NCBI GenBank assembly: GCA_029821635.1
Contig: JALGSW010000047.1
Span: 5,026-69,025 of the forward strand
Length of the DNA stretch: 64,000 nt
Source: Candidatus Zipacnadia bacterium
GTDB taxonomy: Bacteria > Armatimonadota > Zipacnadia > Zipacnadales > UBA5352
Reading direction: 5' to 3'
In this document: positions 44,403 through 53,470 of the stretch, piece by piece
How positions within the stretch are numbered: the first letter of the stretch is position 1
How the letters are laid out: each line of letters begins with the position of its first letter
Notes under the pieces: model-generated
Told to the model about the DNA's origin: nothing
Databases searched by the model: none
Seen by the model: the letters and a program-made list of their open reading frames with translations, nothing else
Program-made: the position numbers and the translations under genes

Positions 44403-45353
44403 ATGCGCATCAGCAGCCCGCAACCGGACGAGCAGGACCGCCTCGCTTGGACCGCGCTGGCGTGGTCGGGTCGCATCGGGCCGGCGGGCTTCATGCGCCT
44501 GCTCGCGCGCTTCGGCTCAGCGGCGGCGGTGCTGGCGGCGCCTGAGGGCGAGCTGGCGGCGCCGAGCCTGCGACTGAAGCCCGGTCAGATCGAGGCCATC
44601 ACCACCGACGCCCGCGCCCACCGCGACCGCATCGAGGCCGAACTGGGAACGCTCGCGGACGACGGCGTGGTGGTCGTGTGCGCCTTCGAGCCTGCCTACC
44701 CCGACGCGCTGCGCGACGCGCGCACCCCTCCGCCGGTGATCTGCGTACGCGGCGAGCTGGCGCCCGACGACACGCTGGGCCTCGCCATCGTCGGCACGCG
44801 CGAGCCGACCGCCGAGGGCCGCCGCGTCGCTACGGACGTCGCGGCCGCCTGCGCGCAGCACGGGCTGACCGTCGTCTCCGGGCTGGCGATCGGCATTGAC
44901 ACGTGCGCGCATCGCGGCGCATTGCGAGCCGGCGGGCGCACGGTGGCGGTGCTCGGCTCGGGCATCCGGCAGATCCACCCTCGGCGCAACACGCGCCTGG
45001 CAGGGCGGATCGCGGCAAGTGGCGCGATTGTCTCGGAGTTCCCGCCCGACGCCCACCCCTCAGCGGCGAGGCTGATGGCGCGCAACCGCCTCACCAGCGC
45101 CTTCGCGCGCGGCGTGCTGGCGGTGGAGTCCACGCTCACCGGCGGCACACTCAAGACCGCCCGGGAGGCCCGGGCTCAGGGCCGCGTGGTCCTCGCCTGC
45201 GACTGGCACTGTGACCGGCCGCAGGCGGAAGGGACGCGGCTGCTGATCGCGGAGGGCGCCGAGCCGATCCTCGGTGCGGGCGCGATCGACACGATCGTTC
45301 ACCTGCTGGCGACGCACCGCCCTCCCCCGCCCGACCAGCCCGCACTTCTGTGA
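44403..45353 (+). CDS. dprA: DNA processing protein DprA
   Basis: VICVRGEL...LAIVGTREPT..G......A......GLTVVSGLAIGIDTCAHRGAL..GGRTVAVLGSGI. Starts 3 nt after the upstream stop. Confidence 0.9.
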   Translation: MRISSPQPDEQDRLAWTALAWSGRIGPAGFMRLLARFGSAAAVLAAPEGELAAPSLRLKPGQIEAITTDARAHRDRIEAELGTLADDGVVVVCAFEPAYPDALRDARTPPPVICVRGELAPDDTLGLAIVGTREPTAEGRRVATDVAAACAQHGLTVVSGLAIGIDTCAHRGALRAGGRTVAVLGSGIRQIHPRRNTRLAGRIAASGAIVSEFPPDAHPSAARLMARNRLTSAFARGVLAVESTLTGGTLKTAREARAQGRVVLACDWHCDRPQAEGTRLLIAEGAEPILGAGAIDTIVHLLATHRPPPPDQPALL

Positions 45354-45429
45354 GCGGCGGCAGGTCCGCGCGGTTCCGGGGAGGAAGCAGCCCGAGACGC
45401 GTGAAGACGCCTCCGAGAGGACTGCCGCG

Positions 45430-46554
45430 ATGATTGATCCGCACGCGATGGCACAGGAGTTCTGCGAACTCGTACGCGTTGACAGCCCGTCGCTGCGTGA
45501 GTCCGAGGTCAACGCGTTAATCCATGACCGGCTCGCGGAGATGGGCATTGAGGCCCGCGCCGATGACGCCGCCGCGACCGTCGGGGGCAACGCGAGCAAC
45601 CTGATCGCCCGTGTGCCGGGCGTCTCCGGCGCGCCGACGGTGCTGCTCAACGCGCACACGGACACCGTCGAGCCCGGCTGCGGGATCTGCCCGCAGATCG
45701 AGGATACGGTCATCCGCAGCTCCGGCACGACGGTGCTCGGGGCCGATGACAAGGCCGGCTGCGCGATCATCCTCGCCACGCTGCGCCACCTGCTGGATAA
45801 GGGCCTGCCGCACCCACCGCTGGAGGTCATCTTCACGGTCGCCGAGGAGATCGGCCTGTGCGGCGCGCAGGCGCTCGACTACGGCGCGCTCGAGGCGAGC
45901 ATGGGCTACGTGCTCGACGGCGGCCGGACGATGGGGGTCATCACCCACGCGGCACCGTCCGCGTACAAGTTCGAGTGGTCGGTGCGCGGCATCGCCGCGC
46001 ACGCAGGCGTCTGCCCCGAGCGCGGCCTCAACTCCATCAAGGTCGCGGCGGAGGCGATCGCGGAGCTCCCGCTGGGGCGGCTGGACTTCGAAACGACCGC
46101 GAACATCGGCGTGATCCGCGGCGGCGAGGCTACCAACATCGTCCCTGAGCTGACCGTGGTCCGCGGCGAGGCGCGCAGTCACAGCGACGAGAAGCTCGAG
46201 GCCCAGCGGGAGCTGATGGTCCGGGCGTTCGAGGAGGCGGCGGCGCGTCACGAGACGACCGCCGAGGCGAGCGTCACAAGCACCTACCGCAGCTTCGACG
46301 TCGCGCGTGATGAGCAGGTGCTCGACTACGCCTGGCGGGCCTGCGAGCGCCTTGGCTTCGACCCGCAGATGGAGCGCGGCGGCGGTGGCAGCGACGCGAA
46401 CGTCTTCAACGAACACGGGATCCCGAGCATCATCCTCGCCACCGGACCCGCCGAAGTGCACACCGTCAACGAGTGGGTCGATGCGCAGCGCATGGCGGAG
46501 AGCGCACGCTGGCTGACGGAGACGCTCGTGCTGATCGCCGAGGAGGCGCAGTGA
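45430..46554 (+). CDS. M20/M25/M40-family metallopeptidase (PepT-like)
   Basis: LLNAHTDTVEPG, GADDKAGCA, FTVAEEIGLCGA, GGGSDANVF. Confidence 0.8.
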   Translation: MIDPHAMAQEFCELVRVDSPSLRESEVNALIHDRLAEMGIEARADDAAATVGGNASNLIARVPGVSGAPTVLLNAHTDTVEPGCGICPQIEDTVIRSSGTTVLGADDKAGCAIILATLRHLLDKGLPHPPLEVIFTVAEEIGLCGAQALDYGALEASMGYVLDGGRTMGVITHAAPSAYKFEWSVRGIAAHAGVCPERGLNSIKVAAEAIAELPLGRLDFETTANIGVIRGGEATNIVPELTVVRGEARSHSDEKLEAQRELMVRAFEEAAARHETTAEASVTSTYRSFDVARDEQVLDYAWRACERLGFDPQMERGGGGSDANVFNEHGIPSIILATGPAEVHTVNEWVDAQRMAESARWLTETLVLIAEEAQ

Positions 46555-47873
46555 TGCCGCAGCTTTATGCCGGGACCGCCACGATCGATATCACGCCTCC
46601 GCTCGGGACGTTCATGGGCGGCTACGCCAGCCGCGATCACGGAGCTGAAGGCGTCCACGATGCGCTGCACGCGAAGGCGCTCGCGTTGCGTGCGGGTGAG
46701 ACCTGCGTGCTGCTCATCACCTGCGACGTGATCAGCTTCAACTACGACTTCGTCGATCCGGTCCGCGAGCGCATCGAGGCTGCGACGGGCGTCCCCGCCG
46801 CGAACGTGCTGATCAGCAACTCGCACACGCACTCCGGGCCGCTCACGCACGGCGTCCTCGGCGAGGACCTCGTGAACGAGCAGTACCTGAGCGTGCTGGC
46901 GAGCAAGCTCGTCTCCATCGCGCAGATCGCCGCGGGAGAGATGCGGCCGGCAACCGTCGGCTTCGCTCGGCGCGACGTGAACGTTGGCTACAACCGCCGC
47001 GCGATGGCGCACGAGGAGCCGCAGCTCGGAGTGCCGCTGCGCGGGCCGATGGCACCGTGGGTGGACGTGATGGCGGTCCGCGACGAGGCGGGCGACGTCC
47101 TCGCCGCCTGGTTCTCCCACGCGGCGCACGCGGTGGTGCTCGGCGGCGACAACTACCTCCTCTCCGCCGACTGGCCGGGCGCCGCGCAGGCCGCGATCGA
47201 GGCCGTGCACCCGGGCTGCGCAGCGATGTACGCCCAGGGCTGCTGCGGCGACATCAACGCCGTACGCGGCCGGCCTGGCACCTTCGAGGAGGTGCGCAGC
47301 CACGGCTGCAAGGTCGGTGGCGCGGTCATCTCCGCGCTCGAGGACGCTGAGGCGCTGGGCGACGTGACGCTCGCCGCGGCCTCGCACACGATCGAGATGC
47401 CCCTGCAAGACCCGCCGTCAGTCGCGCGGATCGAGGCGGAGATCGCTGAGTTCCGCGAGCAGCACGCACAGGCCGAGGCCGCCGGCGACGCGGTGCAGGA
47501 GCAGGTCCTCCGGTGGCGAATCAAGCGCCGCGAGCAGTTCCTGACGCTCGCTCAAGAGGGCGCGACGGGCCTGACGCGACCCCTCAAGGCCGCCGCGCTG
47601 CGCATCGGCCCCGGCGTGATCGTCGGGCTGCCGGGCGAGGTGCTGGTGGAGTACGCCCTGTGGATCGACCGCGACTCACCTTTCGAGCACACGATCGTGC
47701 CCGCCTACACGAACGGGATGGTCGGCTACGTCGCGACCGCCAGCGCCATCGCGCGCGGCGGCTACGAAGTGCAGACGTCATTCGACTACTACGGTGGCCT
47801 GCCACTGCGCGGGGAGACCGAGCCGATCGTGCTCGCGGGTGTGGCGGAGCTGCTTGAGGCGCTGAGGGAGTGA
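46554..47873 (+). CDS. Neutral/alkaline ceramidase-like N-terminal domain protein
   Basis: MPQLYAGTATIDITPPLGTFMGGY......GVHDALHAKAL, NSHTHSGP. ATG overlaps the upstream TGA. Confidence 0.65.
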   Translation: MPQLYAGTATIDITPPLGTFMGGYASRDHGAEGVHDALHAKALALRAGETCVLLITCDVISFNYDFVDPVRERIEAATGVPAANVLISNSHTHSGPLTHGVLGEDLVNEQYLSVLASKLVSIAQIAAGEMRPATVGFARRDVNVGYNRRAMAHEEPQLGVPLRGPMAPWVDVMAVRDEAGDVLAAWFSHAAHAVVLGGDNYLLSADWPGAAQAAIEAVHPGCAAMYAQGCCGDINAVRGRPGTFEEVRSHGCKVGGAVISALEDAEALGDVTLAAASHTIEMPLQDPPSVARIEAEIAEFREQHAQAEAAGDAVQEQVLRWRIKRREQFLTLAQEGATGLTRPLKAAALRIGPGVIVGLPGEVLVEYALWIDRDSPFEHTIVPAYTNGMVGYVATASAIARGGYEVQTSFDYYGGLPLRGETEPIVLAGVAELLEALRE

Positions 47874-47914
47874 CCGGGGGCCGCGAGCAACCCACGCAGC
47901 GGGAGTGACCGACG

Positions 47915-48949
47915 ATGCGGCACCTCACCGGCTGCCTGTTGGGCATCGCCGCCGTGACACTTGCCATCGGCGCCGCGCTGCACTTCGCGCCCCAGCCGCA
48001 GATCGTCTTCGCCAGCGGCGTCGGCGCGCTGCTGCTCGTGCTGCTCGTCAATGCCATCGCGCATGGATACAGCATCAACTCCGCGCGCAGGCGGCGGCTC
48101 GAAGCCCGGATGGGGACGGCGCCCTCAGGTGCGCCTGATCTGCCTCGCGAGCGCCCCGCGCCGGACATGGCCATCGGCCCCGAGGACTTCCCCGACTTTG
48201 CCGAACATCCCCGCCGCGAGGAGATCGAGCAGCACTGGGCGGACGGCCGCAAGGGCCGGGCGGTCGAGCTGCTGCGCGCGGGAACCGACATCGACGCCAT
48301 CGCGGCCGCAGAACAACTCGTCGCCGGCGAGCGCTGGCGCGAGCGTGAGCGCCGACCTCGCGGCGCGCGAGTCTGCCTCGACTGCCACGCGAGCAACGCC
48401 CCGGACGCCGTCGCATGTGAGACCTGCGGGAGCCATCGGCTGGAGTCGGTCGGTCCGGGCGCGATGGACTTCCGCCTGCCGCTCGAGGGCACGACGCCGA
48501 GCGGCGGCGAGGATACGCGTCGCTGCGCCGAGTGCGGTCAGTACAACTGGCCGGACGCCGAGGAGTGCTCGTACTGCTGCGGGCAGCAGCTCGGGCCGGT
48601 CCACCCGCGCCCGTCGCAGTTCTGGGCGCCGACTTCGTTCGGAGGAGTGTTCATCTACCTCGCGATGCTCGGCCTCGCGTGGCTCGGCGCGATGAAGCTG
48701 CTGACCGTGGTGCCCGGCCTGTTCTCCCAGGCAGCCGAAGCGCCGTCCTTTGAGGCGCTGGGGCAAGTGGGCGTCGGCGTAGCGTTCGCGGTGGGGATCG
48801 GGGGCATCATGATGATCCCGTTCACGGGCGCGCTCTGGCGGCCGGTGTACGCGGTCTTCCCGAGGCATGAGGACCTCGTGCAGGTCCTCGGCGGCGCCTT
48901 CATCGCCATGCTCATCGGCGTTGCGGTCGGCTGGTTCTTCGTCACCTGA
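47915..48949 (+). CDS. Membrane protein with two cytoplasmic zinc-ribbon motifs
   Basis: Two N-terminal and about four C-terminal TM helices flank CLDCHASNAPDAVACETCGS and CAECGQYNWPDAEECSYCCGQ. Confidence 0.6.
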   Translation: MRHLTGCLLGIAAVTLAIGAALHFAPQPQIVFASGVGALLLVLLVNAIAHGYSINSARRRRLEARMGTAPSGAPDLPRERPAPDMAIGPEDFPDFAEHPRREEIEQHWADGRKGRAVELLRAGTDIDAIAAAEQLVAGERWRERERRPRGARVCLDCHASNAPDAVACETCGSHRLESVGPGAMDFRLPLEGTTPSGGEDTRRCAECGQYNWPDAEECSYCCGQQLGPVHPRPSQFWAPTSFGGVFIYLAMLGLAWLGAMKLLTVVPGLFSQAAEAPSFEALGQVGVGVAFAVGIGGIMMIPFTGALWRPVYAVFPRHEDLVQVLGGAFIAMLIGVAVGWFFVT

Positions 48950-48957
48950 GCCCCGGC

Positions 48958-49488
48958 TCACTTCCGGTCGACGAAGAGGTTCTTCCCCTTCGCGCTGAGC
49001 GGGATGCCCCAGGCGATCTTCACGTCTTCGCCCAGCAGGCCCAGCTCGATCGCGGCGCTCCCGGCGGTGTACATGATCCGGTTGTCCACGCGATGGTCGG
49101 CCGCCACGCCGACCGCTGAGCCGGTGGCGATGCCGAGGTCGCCGGCGTTGTAGGCGCAGCGCGCTCCAGCTTCCTCGGCGGCAGCACAGCCGGGGTGGCC
49201 GCAGAAGCTGCAGCCGGGGATGCGCAGTCGCCGGGTGCCGGTGCCGATGAGCACGAGCATCTGCGCGTCCAGCAGGTTCTGCGCGTCGCGGGAGAAGAAC
49301 GGGGCCTCGCAGCGCTGCCCGATCTCCCTCATGCGCTGCGCGATCTCCCCGCGCTCATCGGCGCTCTCGACGATCGCGGTGACGATCTGATCGATCCCGC
49401 AGGCCTTCGGAGCGGTGCGCGCGGCCACGCACATCAGCTCCGCCACGCATCGCACGCCATCAAGTTCAGCGTCTTCGTTCATGCGCAT
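48958..49488 (-). CDS. DUF2148-family ferredoxin-domain protein
   Basis: AARTAPKACGID..., CSFCGHPGCAAAEEAGARCAYNAGDLGIATGSAV. ATG 49488 lies 9 nt after AGGAGG (ORF track begins at TTG 49497). Confidence 0.7.
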   Translation of the reverse strand: MRMNEDAELDGVRCVAELMCVAARTAPKACGIDQIVTAIVESADERGEIAQRMREIGQRCEAPFFSRDAQNLLDAQMLVLIGTGTRRLRIPGCSFCGHPGCAAAEEAGARCAYNAGDLGIATGSAVGVAADHRVDNRIMYTAGSAAIELGLLGEDVKIAWGIPLSAKGKNLFVDRK

Positions 49489-49585
49489 GAGCGTCAACCT
49501 CCTGATTGACAGACTCTAAGTCATATCCCACAAACTGCCGAGGCATCAACGGGAATCGATCGCAGTGAGTCGTGTGGAGGGGCTG

Positions 49586-49762
49586 CTTTTCCCGACGCCG
49601 CCCCCGGCGGCGGGAAAAGTGACGCCCGAGTGCCGTCTACGAGGGCGGCAGCTTCCTTGCCAGCCCGTCGTTCGTCCTCCGAGAGCAAACGGCGGGCGGG
49701 CAAGGAAGCTTCGGCGCCTGGCGGCGCCTCACCCTCGCGCGGCAAACGGCGCAGCGCGAGGG
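49586..49762. repeat. Stack of three GC-rich hairpins (REP-like) between mutS2 and the DUF2148 gene
   Basis: 49586-49619 is a 15-bp stem. 49650-49710 is a 23-bp stem with 2 mismatches. 49732-49762 is CCCTCGCGC/GCGCGAGGG preceded by ggcgcctcaccc. Confidence 0.8.
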
Positions 49763-49794
49763 CCGCCCCTCCATAACGACATTCGCCAGCGCGA

Positions 49795-52242
49795 CTACAG
49801 CCGGACCTCCGTTGCGCCCGTCCCGCCTTCGCGCAGGTCCGCCAGCGTAAAGTCGCTCACGTAGCGTTGCTTGCGCAGGTAGTCGTGGATGCCCTCGCGC
49901 AACGCGCCGGTGCCCTTGCCGTGGATGATGCGCAGGTGCGTGGCGCCCGCGAGCATCGCGTCGTCGAGCCACTTGGAGAGGTCGCCGATCGCCTCGTCCA
50001 CGGTCATTCCGCGCACGTCGATCTCCTCCTCCAGGTCCATCGACTTGCGCGTCTGCATCCGCTTGTGTATCTCCTGCGCCTCCGAGCTGACCTGCTCCCG
50101 AGCGGGCGCGAGGTCCGCCGCAGTGGTCTCAACGGTCATGTTCCCCACACGCACCTCGACCGTGCCGCTGTCGAGCGCGCGCAGCACCTCGCCATCGCGC
50201 CCGAGCGAGGTCACGTGCACGCGATCGCCCGCGTGGATCTGCGCGACCTCCGGCTCGGTGGCTGCCTCGGCGGCTGCTTCGGCAGACTCCTCCGCGGCCT
50301 GCGCGCGCCGTTTCTCGCGCTCAACGCGCTCCTGCCGCACCTCCTGCAGCCGCTCCTTGGCCTTCTGGCGCATCTCAGAGAGGCGCTTGCGGCCATCCTC
50401 GGTGATCTTCGACTGCTTCGGCTGGCGCTGCAGTTCGGCGATGATCGCCCGCGCCTCATCCTCCGCTTCGCGCGCAATGTCCAGCGCCTCGCTGAAGCCC
50501 TGCTCCAGCGCCTCCTCGCGCCGCCGCTCAAGGTCCTCGATCTGCTCCTCGCGCTGCACCTGCAACCGTTCGGCCTCGACGCGCGCCTTGTACGCCTCGG
50601 TCTGCTGGCGGTCCATCGCGCGGCGCGAGCTCTCCACGCGCCTGATCAGGTCCTCGAACGCGACCTGGTCCGGGTCGATGAACTCCCCCGCCCGGCGCGT
50701 GATCTCCCCCGGCAGCCCCAGCCGCTGAGCGATCTGCAACGCGTTCGAAGCGCCCGGCTCGCCGATGCGCAGGTGGTAGGTCGGCCGCAGCGTGCGCACG
50801 TCGAACTCCACCGAAGCGTTCTCGATCCCCTCGGTCGAGTACGCGAAGCCCTTGAGGTCGTTGTAGTGCGTGGTGACGATCGTGATCGCGCCGCTGGCGT
50901 GGAGGCGCTCGATGATCGCCTGCGCCAGCGCCGCGCCCTCGGTCGGGTCGGTGCCCGCGCCGACCTCGTCAAGCAGCACGAGCGCGTTGACCGGCGCGTC
51001 CACCTTCTTCTGCTTGTGCCGGCGCTCGTGGGCGGCGAGGCGGTGGATGACCTTCACGATCTGCGTCATGTGCGAGCTGAAGGTCGAGAGCGACTGCTCG
51101 ATCGACTGCTCGTCGCCGATGTCGGCGAAGATCTCCTCGAAGACCGCCACTTCGCTGCCGGGGTTCGCGGGGATGTGCAGGCCCGACTGCGCCATCACGC
51201 TCAGCAGCCCGACGGTCTTGATCGCGACGGTCTTCCCACCGGTGTTCGGCCCGGTGATGATCATCGTGGTGAACGCGTCGCCGATGCGCAGGTCGATCGG
51301 CACGACGTCGCCGGTGAGCATCGGGTGCCGCGCGCCCTTGAGGTGCACTATGCGGTCGGTGCGCACGGCCGGCTGCGTGGCGCTCATCTGCTGCGCCAGC
51401 TTGGCCTTGGCGACGATGAAGTCCAGCACCGAGAGTGCTTCGAGGTCGGCCTCCAGCGCCACCGAGAGCGCGCCAATGAGGTGCGAAAGCTCGCGCAGGA
51501 TCCGGCGGATCTCCTCACCGATCGCGAGCTCGGTCTCGCGCAGCCGGTTGCCGCGTGCGACCACCTCCTGCGGCTCGATGAAGACCGTTGCGCCCGAGTC
51601 CGAGCGATCGTGCACGATCCCCGGCACGCGCGACTGGTGCGACGAGGCCACGGGGATGCAGTAGCGCCCGGTGCGCTGCACGATGATGCGCTCGCGCGCC
51701 GCACCCGAGCGCGCCGCATGGTCGAGGACGCTCTCCATCCGATCCTGCATCTCCGCGCGCAGATCCTCTTCGCTGCGGCGCAGGCGCACCAGCTCGTGGG
51801 AGGCGTCGTCGCGAACCGCGCCGTGGTCGTCGATCGCGCGCTCGACCCACTCCTCCAGCTCCTGGTACACGCCGAGGCGGTCGGCGAACTCCGCGAGCAG
51901 TGGCGCATCGCGCCTGGCCTGCGCGAAGTAGCTGCCGACCATCCGCGCGCCGCGGGCGTTGGCGTTCACGCGCAGGATCTCCGTGCCCTCCAGCACGCGC
52001 CCGGCGCGGGCCTGCTTGAGTAGCTCGGTGGTGTCACCGACGCCGCCGAAGGGCGGGCGCCCAAACTCCTGCAGGACGATGCGCGCCTGGCCGGTTTCGG
52101 CCAGGCGCTCGACGACCCAGTCGGCGTCGTTCCGCGGCCTCAGCCGCTCGGCCCCGAGCCTGCCCAGCGAGCAGGCGCAGCAGTCGGCGAGACGCGCGAT
52201 GATCCTGGGATACTCCAACACTTCGAGGGTATGCGAGTCCAT
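49795..52242 (-). CDS. mutS2: Endonuclease MutS2 (MutS domain + C-terminal Smr)
   Basis: ITGPNTGGKTV Walker A, DEVGAGTDP, coiled-coil, C-terminal Smr (IDVRGMTVDEA...LRIIHGKGTGALR). Confidence 0.93.
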   Translation of the reverse strand: MDSHTLEVLEYPRIIARLADCCACSLGRLGAERLRPRNDADWVVERLAETGQARIVLQEFGRPPFGGVGDTTELLKQARAGRVLEGTEILRVNANARGARMVGSYFAQARRDAPLLAEFADRLGVYQELEEWVERAIDDHGAVRDDASHELVRLRRSEEDLRAEMQDRMESVLDHAARSGAARERIIVQRTGRYCIPVASSHQSRVPGIVHDRSDSGATVFIEPQEVVARGNRLRETELAIGEEIRRILRELSHLIGALSVALEADLEALSVLDFIVAKAKLAQQMSATQPAVRTDRIVHLKGARHPMLTGDVVPIDLRIGDAFTTMIITGPNTGGKTVAIKTVGLLSVMAQSGLHIPANPGSEVAVFEEIFADIGDEQSIEQSLSTFSSHMTQIVKVIHRLAAHERRHKQKKVDAPVNALVLLDEVGAGTDPTEGAALAQAIIERLHASGAITIVTTHYNDLKGFAYSTEGIENASVEFDVRTLRPTYHLRIGEPGASNALQIAQRLGLPGEITRRAGEFIDPDQVAFEDLIRRVESSRRAMDRQQTEAYKARVEAERLQVQREEQIEDLERRREEALEQGFSEALDIAREAEDEARAIIAELQRQPKQSKITEDGRKRLSEMRQKAKERLQEVRQERVEREKRRAQAAEESAEAAAEAATEPEVAQIHAGDRVHVTSLGRDGEVLRALDSGTVEVRVGNMTVETTAADLAPAREQVSSEAQEIHKRMQTRKSMDLEEEIDVRGMTVDEAIGDLSKWLDDAMLAGATHLRIIHGKGTGALREGIHDYLRKQRYVSDFTLADLREGGTGATEVRL

Positions 52243-52275
52243 CGGCGCTCAGGAGCCGGCCTGGTGCGCCCCGGC

Positions 52276-53334
52276 TCAGCCCAGCCTTTCACGGTGCGTG
52301 GCGATGATCGCGTCAACCACCTCGGAGACCCGGGCGGTCTGTTCGGGATGCGGCTGCGGCTCCAGCGGGCTCCAGTCAGCCTCCGGCTTGCGCATCAGCG
52401 CGCGCACGGTGGCATCGACCGACTCGGGCAGGCCGACCTGCAGGTCGTAGCCGCCCTCCAGCGCCATCATCAGCCGCCCGTCGCACAGCTCGCGGGCGGC
52501 GGTGAGCAGCCCGACGGTCATCAGGAAGAAGCCGCGTGCGGTGAGGCCGAGCTGCACGAGCGTGTCGCGGAAGTGCGCGTCGAAGCCAGCGGAGACGAGG
52601 ATCATCTCCGGCTCATACGCGGCCAGCAGCGGCAGGATCAGCTCGTCGAAGGCCCGCAGGTAGTGAATGTCCTGGGCGTAGCGCGGGACAGGCAGGTTGA
52701 CGTTGAGCCCCATCCCCTCGTCCACGCCGACCTCGTCCTCGGTGCCCGTGCCGGGGAACAGCGGTGACTGGTGCAGGGAGACGTAGAGCACGTCGCCGCG
52801 GTGGTAGAACATCTCCTGCGTCCCGTTCCCGTGATGGCCGTCGAAGTCGATGATCGCCACGCGCTCGTGGCCGTCCTGGATCAGCGCCTCGGCGGCCAGC
52901 GCCACGTTGTTGAAGAAGCAGAAGCCCATGCCGGTGCTCGGTCGGGCGTGATGTCCCGGCGGCCGGACGAGGCAGATTGCGTTGTCCAGGTCGCGATCGT
53001 AGACGGCGCGCGCGGAGTCGATGCACACGCCCACGGCCGCGCAGGCGGCGTCCCAGGTGCCCTCTGTGGCGCGCGTGTCGAGGTCGATGTCCCCGCCGCC
53101 GGATTCCGAGAGCAGGCGCACCTCATCCACGTAGCTCGGATCGTGCAGCGCCGCGAGCTCCTCGACGGTTGCGGCGCGCACGGGCATGCGCAGCATCTCA
53201 TCGAGCAGCCCGGTCTCCTCGAGCCGCTGCATGATGACGCGCAGCCGCTCCGGGCGCTCGGGGTGCTCGGAGACGCCGTGTGTCAGGAAGATGTCGTCGT
53301 AGCCGATTCCGGTCACGATGCCTCTCCGCCTCAT
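52276..53334 (-). CDS. Histone deacetylase-family (AcuC/arginase-fold) deacetylase
   Basis: RPPGHHA, DFDGHHGNGTQ, GGYD. An alternative GTG start at 53316 is possible. Confidence 0.85.
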   Translation of the reverse strand: MRRRGIVTGIGYDDIFLTHGVSEHPERPERLRVIMQRLEETGLLDEMLRMPVRAATVEELAALHDPSYVDEVRLLSESGGGDIDLDTRATEGTWDAACAAVGVCIDSARAVYDRDLDNAICLVRPPGHHARPSTGMGFCFFNNVALAAEALIQDGHERVAIIDFDGHHGNGTQEMFYHRGDVLYVSLHQSPLFPGTGTEDEVGVDEGMGLNVNLPVPRYAQDIHYLRAFDELILPLLAAYEPEMILVSAGFDAHFRDTLVQLGLTARGFFLMTVGLLTAARELCDGRLMMALEGGYDLQVGLPESVDATVRALMRKPEADWSPLEPQPHPEQTARVSEVVDAIIATHRERLG

Positions 53335-53355
53335 CGGGTGAGCTCACGCATGGGT

Positions 53356-53394
53356 GGCGCCTCCCATGCGGATGTGCGTCGCACGGGAGGCGCC
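53356..53394. repeat. GC-rich hairpin
   Basis: GGCGCCTCCC...GGGAGGCGCC, a perfect 10-bp stem with a 19-nt loop. Confidence 0.7.
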
Positions 53395-53470
53395 GGCACT
53401 GCATCGGGGGACGCTCCGCGCCTTCTGACGCTCGACCCATCGTTCAGGTTCGGTAGACCACCAAACGACC

